A stretch of 64,000 nt of DNA from Azolla caroliniana (lineage: Eukaryota; Plantae; Polypodiophyta): assembly GCA_043228905.1 (NCBI GenBank), contig JBHGNT010000007.1, positions 17,174,001 to 17,238,000 on the forward strand. The letters run 5' to 3'. Both the position numbers and the translations under genes were made by a program. Below the pieces are notes generated by a model. It did no database searches and was not told where the DNA came from. It saw only the letters and a program-made list of their open reading frames with translations. Below are positions 11,017-23,000 of this stretch, one piece after another (positions within the stretch are counted from its first letter, which is position 1; the number at the start of each line of letters is the position of its first letter).

Positions 11017-14000
11017 ATGGATGGTAGTGTTTTCATGAATATGGATGAGTCTCCAAATTCTTCAAAGGATGAGTGCATGGTTGAGTCAATATCAAGCCCA
11101 AGAGGGGATGGTAAAAGAAAACGATGTATTGGAGATAATAGTAATGACATGTCTTATGTTGATGCAATGCAACAAGATGACATTGAGAAAGATGATAGTC
11201 ATTGGGAGCATTTAAGATGCATGGAAAATATATTAATGGAAGATGGCATAAGGGAGAATGTGAAAGTTGTTGAGGAGTTTGTTGACGATGAACTAGCTAA
11301 GGTAGAAATAGACAATAAGGAGTTTTTGGGCTCAATTGCTAATTTTTGTGATAAAGGGGTCATATTGTTTTTCACAGGAAAGATACCTTTCCTTTGGAGG
11401 GTCAAACAATGGTTATGTGGGATTTTACAAGCTGATTGTGTTCACTGTTGGGAATATGTCCCTCTAGTGGGAGGATGATCCGACTGTTCGGAAAGCTGAC
11501 AATCGAAGAGTCGGAAAACAGGAGTCGAGTTGATGAGGCCGATAGGCCGAGGCCGAAACCGGAATCGTGTAAATAGCCAACTCATGACACTATATTTGTA
11601 AATAGTCTAAGTGTGTGCCACATGAGGGCTACGTATGTAAATAACCAAAAATTTGCATAAGTATATATGCAACTAGGGCAAACATGTTGTTAGTGTGATG
11701 AAGAGAAAAACAAAGATTAGAGAGTGTGTGCAGAAGTTGTAAAACGCAAGAGAGCGTGACAGAGAGAAGTGTGAGCAACGCCATAGCTGTGTGTGTAACA
11801 GCAAACGCGAAGAGCCCTATGCGGCTGATACACTCGACAGAGTGTTGTATTCCTCTCAGTGTTGTATATCCACTTTGTATAGTGAAGTTATTTTTCACCC
11901 GTGGTTTTCCCCGTTTTAGGGTTTCCACGTAAATCTCTGTGCACCATTGTTCATCTTATCTTTTCTTGGCATATTTCTGTGATTCGTATTTCAGTGCGTA
12001 GTTCGTTTATTGTGATCTATTTTCTGCAATGATTTCTCAACAAACTGGTATCAGAGCTTGAGGTGCAAGCATGGCAGGAGGTGTTAGCGGTTTCCCAGGT
12101 ATGATAGTTCTGAACTCACAGAACTATGTAAACTAGAAGATAAAGATGGAAGACCTTCTCATAGTTAAAGACCTGTACGAGCCAGTCGACAGAGCAGAAA
12201 TACCCAGGGGGGTATTGGAGTCAGACTGGAAGCTTCTGAATAGGAAGGTGGTGGCCACAATCCGACAATGTGTCGATGTAAGTGTTCTTTAGCATGTGGC
12301 AAACGACACGAATGCCCACGAGATGTGGCAGAAACTGTCGGGTCTGTACGAGAGGAAGAACGCGCTAAACAGAACCTCACTAATGAGAAAAATCGTACGA
12401 CTGAAATACAAAGATGGTGAGAGCATTGTCAAACAAATCAACACATTTATGGGGTATGTAAATCAACTTGCTGCAACCACATTTCCCCTAGATGATGCAA
12501 TGTAGGCCATCCTACTGATGTGTACACTGCCGGAAAGCTGGGAGAACCTGGTGGTTACTCTCAGCACCTCCTGTCAAGAAGAGAACTTGTCTTTACAAAC
12601 GGTGAAGACAAGAATCCTAAACGAGGAGGCAAGGAGGAAAGACAAAGGAGTCTTGTCCTAAACAAAGTCGAATCTGACTCAACATATGGATAGAGGAAGA
12701 AACCGGCGAAGAAGAAGTCTGTAGAGAACGGACAAATCCCACGCCAGATCGAAGTCCAGAGGTAAACAATTGTGCTTTTATTGCAGAAAACCTGGACACT
12801 TCCAGAAGGATTGCCGACACATGAAGACAAGTGTCGGAAATAATGTCGAACCCCGGAAAATTCCGGATGAAAAGAACACTTCGGCCATTGCTACGATCAA
12901 TGAGGAACTCTTGTTCATCTGTGAACAGACAAGTGCAAACCTTGCAAGCGAAGAGTGCACTTGGGTGATTGATTCCGGCGCATCCTTCCATATTACTCCG
13001 TCGAGAGAGTATTTCTCGACTTACATAGCCGGGGATCATGGCTATGTAAAGATGGGTGATAGTGGAGAGTGCAAGATAACCGGAGTCGGAAGTGTGTGCT
13101 TAATGACGTCGACAGGGTGTCAACTGACGTTGAAGGATGTCCGACACGTCCTCGATATCAGATTGAATCTGATATCGAATGGAAGGCTTGACGACGAAGG
13201 CTACAGTGGTAGTTTTCGGAATGGCAAGTGGAAGTTCTGCCATGGAAATCTCATAGTGGCCCGAGCACAGAAAGAAGGCACATTGTACATGATGCATGCC
13301 CGACTGTCCAAATCGGAAGTAAATGTGGTAGTCGACTCGACAAGGGAGATATGGCATAAGAGGCTAGGCCACATGAGTGAGAAGGGAATGCACCTGTTAG
13401 CCGACCAGAAACTTCTACCAAAAGTCAAGGGAGTACACCTAGAGAAGTGTGTCGACTGCTTAGCCGGAAAGCAGAACAAGACGACATTCCACACGAGACC
13501 ACCGAGGAGAAGAGAAGTTGCACTAGAACTAGTGCAAACGGATGTGTGCTATGTGGATGCTCCATCGCATCAAGGAGGATAGTACTTTGTAACGTTTATT
13601 GACAACTACAGTCGGAAAACATGGGCCTTCGTACTGAAGTCGAAGGATCAAGTATTGTCAGTTTTCAAGGAGTTCCAGGCAAGAATTGAAAGAGAGTCGG
13701 GCTGGAAACTGAAGGTTGTCCGAACCGACAATGGTGGCGAATACAAAGGGCAGTTCAAAGAATACTGCAAGTGCCAAGGGATTCGGATCAAATACACAAT
13801 GCCAAAGACCCCAGAGTTGAACGGGCTTGCAGAGAGGATGAATCGAACGATCATGGAGAGAGTGAGGAGCATGCTCTCTCATGCGAAACTACCGAAATCC
13901 TATTGGGCTGACGCGATGTACACAGTTTTTTATCTGATCAACAAGTCTTCCTCGGTACCTCTAAAGGGTGATGTCCCACAGAGGGTGTGGACAAGTAAGG

Positions 14001-17000
14001 ATGTCTCCTACCAACACCTGAGGGTGTTCGGATGTTTGGCGTATATGCATGTACCAAAGGATCAAAGGTCAAAGCTCGACAACAAGTCGAAAGCATGCAT
14101 ATTCATGGGATACTTGGAAGATGAGTTCAGATACAGGTTGTGGGACTTAGTCAACAAGAAGGTAGTGAGAAGTCGGGATGTAGTTTTTCTAGAAGACAAG
14201 ACAATTGAAGATTGGAAGCAACAGAAGTCGGAACTGACTCCCCAGTCAACCTCGACTACCATCGACTTAAGGCCAAGTGAGTCGTCATCGACAACTGTAA
14301 GGAGACAGCTGGCCGACAGAGCCGAATCCGAGTCAGTCGACTCGGAAAGACTGACAGACTATGAGTCAGAGTCGGCAGAGCTGCTAAAATCAATTGAGGA
14401 ATATGAGTTGGAGTTGTCCAACCTGGAGATGCCGATTGATGAGCGGAATCCCGAGCAAAGAGAAGAATTGGCAAAGACATCTGAAATAGAGCCAACAATG
14501 AGTCGAAGAAGATACCCACTCAAAGAAAGGAAGGCACTGACTACATATGCCAGTCAATACATCCTCTTGACTGATGACGGTGAACCAGAGTGCTATGAAG
14601 AAGCCATTGCCGACGAGAGCAAAGAAAAATGGTTGAACATGATGCAAGAGGAGATGGAATCCTTGCACACAAATTACACCTACGACCTAGTAGAGCTGCC
14701 GAAAGGTAAGAGAACACTCAGGAATAAGTGGGTCTACAAGGTGAAGACTGGAGAAGTCGACAACGAGCCCAGGTGTAAAGCCCGCATAGTGGTGAAGGGT
14801 TTCCAATAGAAGAAGGGCGTCGACTTTAACGAAATATTCGCACCAGTGGTGAAGATGACATCCATTCGAACTGTTCTGAGCATAGCGGCCAGTTTGGACC
14901 TAGAGATTGAACAGTTGGATGTCAAAAACGCATTTCTGCACGGGGAGTTAGACGAAGAGATCTACATGCATCAACCCGAAGGCTTTGAGGAGAAAGGGAA
15001 AGAGAATCCGGTGTGTCGACTGAGGAAAAGCTTGTACGATCTGAAACAAGCTCCACGCCATAGTACAAGAAATTCAAGCCCTTCATGATGGAACATCGGT
15101 TCTAGAAAACACAGGCCGATCACTATGTATTCGTCAAAAGGTATGACGAAGGAGATTTCTTGATTCTCTTGCTATATGTTGATGTTATGTTGATAGTCGG
15201 CCAAGATGCAAGGAAGATTGGAAGCTTGAAGAAAGCTCTCGGCAAATCATTTGTCATGAAAGACCTTGGACCGGCAAAGCAAATCCTAGGAATGCATATA
15301 ACTCGAGACATAGCTTAGAAGGCACTATGGTTGTCACAACAAAAGTATGTGACGAAGATCCTAGAGAGATTCAACATGTCAAACGCAAAGCCGGTCGGCT
15401 CCGTGTTGCCGACAAATTGCAGATTGAATGTGAAGCAGTGACCGAAGGGACAGAAGGAAAAGGCTGAGATGAAGAAGGTACCATATGCCTCAGCCATCTG
15501 CAGTCTAATGTATGTTATGGTCTATACAAGACCGGACATAGCATTTGTTGTGGGAGTAGTAAGCCGATATATGAGTAATCCAGGGAGAGAACACTGGGCA
15601 GCGGTGAAATGGATACTCAGGTACTTAAAGGGCATCTCGGGGGTGTGCCTAAGGTATGGTGTCGAAAAACCTGTGTCGGAAAGTTTTACAGATTCAAAAA
15701 TGTCAGGAGATGTTGACTCAAGCCGATCCACGTCAAGGTACGTGATGACCTATGTAGGGGGAGTAATGTCGTGGCAGTCACGACTGCAGAAGTCTGTAGC
15801 CTTGTCGACTACAGAGGCAGAGTATATGGCAACGGTAGAAGCCAGAAAAGAGTTGATCTAGATGAGAAATTTTCTCACCGAACTAGGCATGAAGCAAAAG
15901 GAGTTCTTGCTTCACTGTGACAGCCAAAGCGCCATACACCTAGCCAAGAACGCGACATATCACTCCCGGACCAAGCACATACAGAGAAGGAATCACTAGT
16001 TACATGAGAGAGTCAAAGAAGGAGAATTTGCTCTTGAGAAGATCCATACTGACGACAATGGATCTGACATGCTGACGAAGAACCTACCTATGCACAGACT
16101 CAGAGTCTGTCGACAAAATACAAGACTGACGGATTTCCTCCCACAGGAGTGAAGGGGGAGTTTGTTGGGAATATGTCCCTCTAGTAGGAGGATGATCCAA
16201 CTGTTCGGAAAGCCGATAGTCGAAGAGTCAGAAAACAGGAGCCGAGTTGATGAGGCCGAAATAGGAATCGTGTAAATAGCCAACTCAGGAGACTATATTT
16301 GTAAATAGTCTAAGTGTGCGCCACATGAGGTCTACATATGTAAATAACCAAAAAGTTGCGTAAGTATATATGCAACTAGGGCAAACATGTTGTTAGTGTG
16401 ATGAAGAGAAAAACAAAGATTAGAGAGTGTGTGCAGAAGTTGTAAAACGCAAGAGAGTGTGACAGAGAGAAGTGTGAGCCGTGCCATAGTTGTGTGTGTA
16501 ACAGCAGACGTGAAGAGCCCTGTGCAGCTGATACACTCGACAAAGTGTTGTATACCTCTCGGTGTTGTATATCCACTTTGTATAGTGAAGTTTCTGTTCA
16601 CCCATGGTTTTCCCTATTTTAGGGTTTCCACGTAAATCTCTGTGCACCATTGTTCATCTTGTCTTTTCTTGGCATATTTTTGTGATTCATATTTCAGCAC
16701 GTAGTTCGTTTATTGTGATCTATTTTCCGCAACAATTTCTTAACATTCAGGATGTTTATGTTGATCCTTGTGGATTTTATGAGGTTGTTTTGGTATCACA
16801 AGAGTATAAAGAGAAATTACTCAATAAATTGCCAGTTTTTTATGAGAAATGTTTGGTTCATATTGTTCCGTGGAGACCACTAGTGGAATACCAAGATATA
16901 TTAAAGCAAGAGTGTCCCGTATGGGTTGAGGTAGAGTGCACATATTCAGTGGTTTGGCCAATATTACGGTCAGCGATGGAAAAGTTGGGAAAGATCTTGG

Positions 17001-17515
17001 TGCCTCCTAGTGCTAATGCTCAAAATCGATATCGGATGTGTATTCTTTGGAATACTGCTATAAAGAGGCCAAGTTGTTTACAAATTGCATGCTCTGGTAT
17101 GCCGCCTATGTATTTTCAGCTTAAATGGGGTACATTTGCAAGACACTGTTTCCACTATGGTGTGTTGGGGCATTTTATGTCTAAATGTCCTCAAAAAAGA
17201 AATAATGTAGTGGAAGTGGTACATGAAGAGCCTACAACTCATGATCAGATTCAAGCTTTGACAATTTCAAAGCAAACAAAGGAACCACAAATTGTGAATG
17301 AGAAGGATGGAAAGACTCTAGAGGATGAAAGACAATGGTCAATAGTTTCTGGAAAGATGAAGAAGTCTAATAAAAATGTTGGGCATAATGTATCTATGGA
17401 GAAGGTCACACCGACACATCCCATGCGGAATAAACCATGGGCTCGTCAAGAGGACTATCCAAAGAAATTATCTTTTGATAATAAAGGTAATTTGTATGTT
17501 CCTTGGAATAAATAG
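11017..17515 (+). pseudogene. LINE ORF1 (DUF4283-like region plus zinc knuckle), split 11017-11445 / 16751-17515
   Basis: Removing the Copia and one TSD restores the frame ...GILQADCVQDVYVDPCGFYEVV...VHIVPWRP...ECPVWVE. Degenerate knuckle CFHYGVLGHFMSKC. Confidence 0.8.
11446..16745 (+). mobile_element. Full-length but decayed Ty1/Copia LTR retrotransposon (Tnt1/Tork-like)
   Basis: LTRs 11446-12042 and 16163-16745 (TG...CA). PBS TGGTATCAGAGC at 12046-12057. PPT GAAGGGGGAG at 16151-16160. TSD TTCAC/TTCAG. gag-pol 12071-16152 has CFYCRKPGHFQKDC, DSGAS, RTDNGGEY and LLYVDVML, with many stops. Confidence 0.95.
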
Positions 17516-17673
17516 AAATCGGTGCCTCGTTCACATGAGGAGCCATAGGGGTCTTGAGTTTTGCATTCCCATAGTAATTCATATGCAATCTTAGGGGATT
17601 TATTTCAAGATATGGCAAAAACATTAGCAGTGATGGAGAAGGAGATTTCTCGAATAAAAGGAAAAAATAAAGT

Positions 17674-19946
17674 GTGAAGATCACCACATGGAATGTGAGG
17701 GGATTGTGTTCTAGATTTAGAATGCATGAGGTTTAGAGGATTGTATTAAATGAGCAATGGGATGTTTTATGTGCAATAGAGCATAAAGATCATCGTAATG
17801 CTGGTTTAATTAGTTATTCTGAGGGTTATACATTATGTTATGTTGGCAAGGTTCATGGGGATTATTCTGGGATTGTCATGTTTATAAGAGATAAATTTCA
17901 CCCAAAAGTAATTGTTTCAAATGAATTTGGAAGATTTATTGTGGTAGAGGTATGTTATGAAGGGCAAGCTCTTTGGTTAGTTGGTGTGTATGCATCAAAT
18001 GTTTCACAAGAACGAAAGTTGTTATGGAGATCTCTAAACTCAGTGCTTGATAATGGTAGACCGAGTTTATTGATGGGAGATTTTAATGTTTGTTGTGAGA
18101 CAGATCAATCAACATCTATCCACTCTATTATTGATGGACTAGAGGCTCAAGAATGGGGAGATTTTGAGACTGAAGTCATGTTAAGGGATGTATGGAAATG
18201 GATCAAGGGAGATGAACCTAGTTATACCTTTCAATTAGCTCAATATCAGTATACTTGGAGTAGGTTGGATCGAATGTATGTAATGCATACTGAAGGTTTT
18301 TTACCAGAGATTTTGGATATTTCAGTGTCTTATGGGTCAATTATATCATATCATTTCCCATTAATTTTTTAGTTCAATCACCACTCAATTAGAGGTTTTC
18401 ATGAGTTTTTAGGAAAACCACCGTTGATTTTTAATTCATCATTTTTGGATCATGAGGTCTTCCATGCCTATATGTGTCAATTGATTGATGCATTTGTCTA
18501 TCGTGTTCAATTTGATGGGTATGAAGTGTGGGAAGTATTTGTTGCAAATGTTGAGAGGTTAACTAGATATTATGGAATTCACCATATTTTTAAAAGGAGA
18601 AAGAAATTAAGTCTCCTAGTTAATTTGCTTGATAAATGCAACTCATTGTTAACTTATTGGCCAACGGATGTAGAGTTGATGGGATATCAAGAGGTATTAA
18701 TTTCTGTGATGCATGACCTAACGGCAAAAAATTATCAACATGCTAGACTACATCGTCTAAGACAAGAAGTGGATGATGCTAATTGTCAATCACATAAGTT
18801 TTTTCATGACCTTCATGTATAACATGCACGATATAATGTGGTAAGGTTAGAGGAAAATGGTATCATGTGTTCTGATCCTCAAGAAATTGTGAAGAAATGC
18901 ATAGAATATTATACACAATTGTTGGATGTACAAGTGTGTATCGATGATAATGTTAAAAAGGATAGAGATGTATTTTTTAACGGAGTGAAAAATCATGTAT
19001 CGCATGATGTGGCACAATCATTAGATGCTAATATATTCAGAGGATGAGGTGGAACATGTCATGTCACATCTTGCTAACCTTCAATTTAATCGGATGGCTA
19101 GATTGGGTTTGGTAACAGTTAAGGATGCTATGTTGGTTTCACAAAGAAGATTAATGGTTTTTCGAACAATAAGATCAACATTTCGTATTCCAAAAGGTTA
19201 TAACTTTATTTGGGATAAGTTGCAACAAATATTATCTTCACATGAGCCAATTCCTGATTTAGATGGGCGATCTCAAGAGCTTGATTGGAGGTTTGTTGGA
19301 AATAAGAGATTGACTATGATCTCAATGAATGTTTCTTATCACAAGTTGATTGACAAACATAAGTGGTTGGAAGAAAGGGTTATAAAGATATGGGGTTTTC
19401 ATAAGCCCATTACTTGGTGGTTTCATGTGATCAAGGCAGGTTGGTGTTCTCGATTGATGCTACGAGCCAAGGTATTTATTTGGAGAGTTATGGTTGGAGA
19501 TTTACCATTAGGGGATGCATTAAAAAAAAGAAACTTTACTGAAGGATTGTGTTTCTTCTGTTCGGTGGAATTGGAACATAGTAGGCATCAATTTATTTCA
19601 TGTCCGATGGCAAGGATGGTTTGGAGGTGTATCAGTTTAGTGTGGATGTCTCTAACAGGAGTAAGTCTATTTTCCTTCAGTTGGGTTTTTGCACATGGAG
19701 AACAATGAACCGATGCCTCATTTTCAAATTATTCTTGAGTTCTTGAGGTATTGGGGGCTATGGTTCAATTGGAATATGCGGAATGCCTTCATTTTTTATT
19801 CGCAAGTTGGGATGAGAAAATATGTTCTAAAGTTAAAAGGACTTCTTTTGTGGCAATTGACAGTGCTAGAGAAGTCACGAAATCTCAACCAAAAAGAGAG
19901 AGAACTCTACAAGGTCACATATCATCATACTCACAAATTGAATTAG
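17674..19946 (+). pseudogene. LINE ORF2 remnant: AP endonuclease plus zf-RVT, RT core deleted
   Basis: KITTWNVRGL, LLMGDFN, SRLDRMY and ISYHFP endonuclease motifs. KVFIWR...CFFC...EHSRHQFISC zf-RVT. The sequence jumps at ~19078 (SHLAN|LQF), where the RT domain should start. Confidence 0.85.
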
Positions 19947-20013
19947 TGTGTAGGGTGGCATTGAGTTTGGTGTTGTAGTATTCTTTAGATCCCTTGATAG
20001 AAGGGTTCTATAC

Positions 20014-23000
20014 TGTTGAGAATCGATGCTTCGATTCACCTTCTTCGCCCGGCCACAACCGAGTAATCGCGGATCAATGCAGCAGAAAATGGAAACCAAA
20101 AGAGAGAAACACACGAGTACACAGGGATTAACGTGGAAAACCCTAGATGGGAAAAACCACGGGAGTACAAGACTCCAAACAACACTATACAAGAGAAGTA
20201 TACAATGACGAGCTCCAAGGCGACGACCTTGAGCTCGCTGTCCTCGCCACAGGCGGCGGAAATACACAGAGGCGTCGTCCTCTTCCTCTCTCGCGCTCTA
20301 TCTCTCACTCTGTCTCACGGCTGCTCCCTCTTCACTCCTCTTGAGTGGAAAAACAGAAAAATGATAAGCAACAACAAAACAGATTGCCCTAAGTCATATT
20401 TATACATATATGACTTTGGGGCTATTTACAACTATAGCCTCAGGGGCCCATAGCAGACATATTCACGGATATGTCCCTGCATCCGGATCGCTCTCCGGGT
20501 ACATTCGTCATCCGGCACCGAAGCCGGGGTCTTCGTCATCCGGATCCGAAACCGGAACCGGGCTTGTCGGCATTCATCTCCGACATCCGACCATCCCATC
20601 CGAAGGGACCGTAATCCCAACAAACTCCCCCTTCACTTCGGCATGGGATGTCTTTCCAATCCGATCCTCTTCCGGCATGCTTCCAGCTTGTCGGGTGTGA
20701 GCACCTTGGTCAGCATATCCGATCCGTTCTCGTCCGTGTGGATCTTTGTCAGCACGAACTCCTTGTCTTCTATCCTTTCCCGGATCCAGTGATATCTTCG
20801 CTGGATGTGCTTCGTCCGGGAGTGATAGGCCGCGTTCTTCGCAAGGTGGATTGCACTCTGACTGTCGCAGTAGAGTCGGTACTCCTCCTGCCGGATACCG
20901 AGCTCCCTAATGAAGTTCTTCATCCATATTATTTCCTTGCCGGCTTCAACAGCTGCCATGTACTCCGCCTCCGTGGTTGACAACGCAACCGTCTTCTGCA
21001 GCCTCGACTGCCACGAAACAGCTCCCCCTGCATACGTCATCACATACCCTGATGTGGACCGGCTGGTATCTGCATCAGCCGACATATCCGAATCGGTGAA
21101 GCCGTCGAGTTCGGGCTTACCGGAGCCGAATCGGAGGCACACGTTTGCCGTGCCCCTCAGGTATCGGAGTATCCACTTGGCCGCGTTCCAATGCTCTTTG
21201 CCGGGATTGCTCATGTACCGGCTCACCACTCCGACTGCATATCCTATGTCCGGTCTCGTACACACCATGGCGTACATCAAGCTCCCGACGGCTGAGGCAT
21301 ACGGCACTTTCATCATATCCTCCTTTTCAGCCTTTGTCTTGGGACTTTGCTTGCTGGACAGCTTGCAGTTTGCCGGGAGGGTCGATCCGACCGGTCTTGC
21401 TTCCGACATGTTGAACCGGTGAAGCACCTTCGTCACGTACTTCTCCTGTGACAGCCACAATTGCTTCTTGCTCCGGTCCCGGATGATGTGCATCCCTAGT
21501 ATTTGTCTCGCCGGACCCAGGTCCTTCATTGAGAAGGTTCGGTGAAGAGCCTTCTTCAGCATCCGGATCTTGACCTGGTCCCGTCCGACGATCAACATGT
21601 CGTCCACGTACAGGAGGAGTACTAGAAAGTCTCCTCCTTCGAACTTCTTCACAAACATGCAGTGGTCGGACTGCGTTTTGAGGTACCCTTCGTCGGTCAT
21701 GAAGGAGTCGAACTTCCGGTACCATTGCCGGGGAGCCTGCTTCAGTCCGTAAAGGCTCTTCTTCAACCGGCATACCAGGTGCTCCTTCCCTTTCTTCTCG
21801 AATCCTTCCGGTTGCTGCATGTAGATCTCTTCATCGAGGTCACCGTGAAGGAATGCCGTCTTCACGTCCATCTGTTCTACCTCGAGGTCCATGCTTGCCG
21901 CTATGCTCAGCACCGTCCGGATGGAGGTCATCTTCACTACCGGGGCAAATATCTCGTCGAAGTCGACGCCCTTCTTCTGCTGAAACCCCTTCACCACGAT
22001 CCTGGCTTTGTATCTCGGGGGGTTTCCGGCATCTCCCGGTTTCAGCTTGAACACCCACTTGTTTCGAAGTGCCCGCTTTCCTTTCGGCAACTCCACAAGT
22101 TCATATGTGTGGTTCTCATGCAGGGAATCCATTTCGTCCTGCATGGCACTCAACCACCTGCGGCTCTGGGTGTCATGTTTTGCTTCTTCAAAGCTCTCCG
22201 GCTCCCCCTCGTCGGTTAGCAGCACGTGCTCTGGTTCCGGAAATCTCCGGGGGGCCCTTCTCTCTCTTAGAGGATATCTCCGTTCCGGAGCTTCGGTAAC
22301 CGGTTCTTCCGATTCTTCTTCATCCGAATCCATTTCGGGATCGAGGCCGGTTCCGGTATCGTTTTCATCTTCTTCGGCCGGTTCTGTTTCTTCACCGTCT
22401 TCGGCCGGATCCTCGAGTGCTAACCGGTCCCTTGCCGGTCGGGACTGCTCCTTGTAGAGTTGATCCTCACCGGTCGACTTGGAGCTATTTACCTTCTTCT
22501 CCGACTCCCAGTCGGCGAGTGTCTTGTCCTCCATGAAGATGATGTCTCGACTCCTGAATATCTTCTTGTCGACCGGGTCCCATACTCGGTAGCCGAACTC
22601 GTCATCGCCGTAACCGAGGAATATGCATGGCCGGGTCTTTGGATCTAGCTTTCCTCTCCGGTCCTTTGCCACATGCACGTATGCGAGACACCCGAACACC
22701 TTCAGATGCCGGTAGGATACTTCCATACCGGTCCACACTTTCTGCGGCGTGTCTCCGTCCAAAGGTACTGAGGGTGATCTGTTTATCACGTATGTCGCCG
22801 TCGACATTGCCTCAGCCCAAAAGCCCTTGGGTAATTTCGCATGCGCCAGCATACTCCGGACCCTCTCCATTATGGTCCGGTTCATCCTTTCGGCCAGCCC
22901 GTTCAGTTCCGGCGTCTTCGGCACAGTAAACTCGAGTCGGATTCCCTTCGAGCGACAGTACTCCTGGAACTGCCCCCGGTATTCCCCTCCGTTATCCGCT

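Noticed and set aside
10960-17515. ORFs 10960-11478 and 16604-17515 as independent genes
   Set aside because: They are the two halves of LINE ORF1 reading into or out of Copia LTR sequence.
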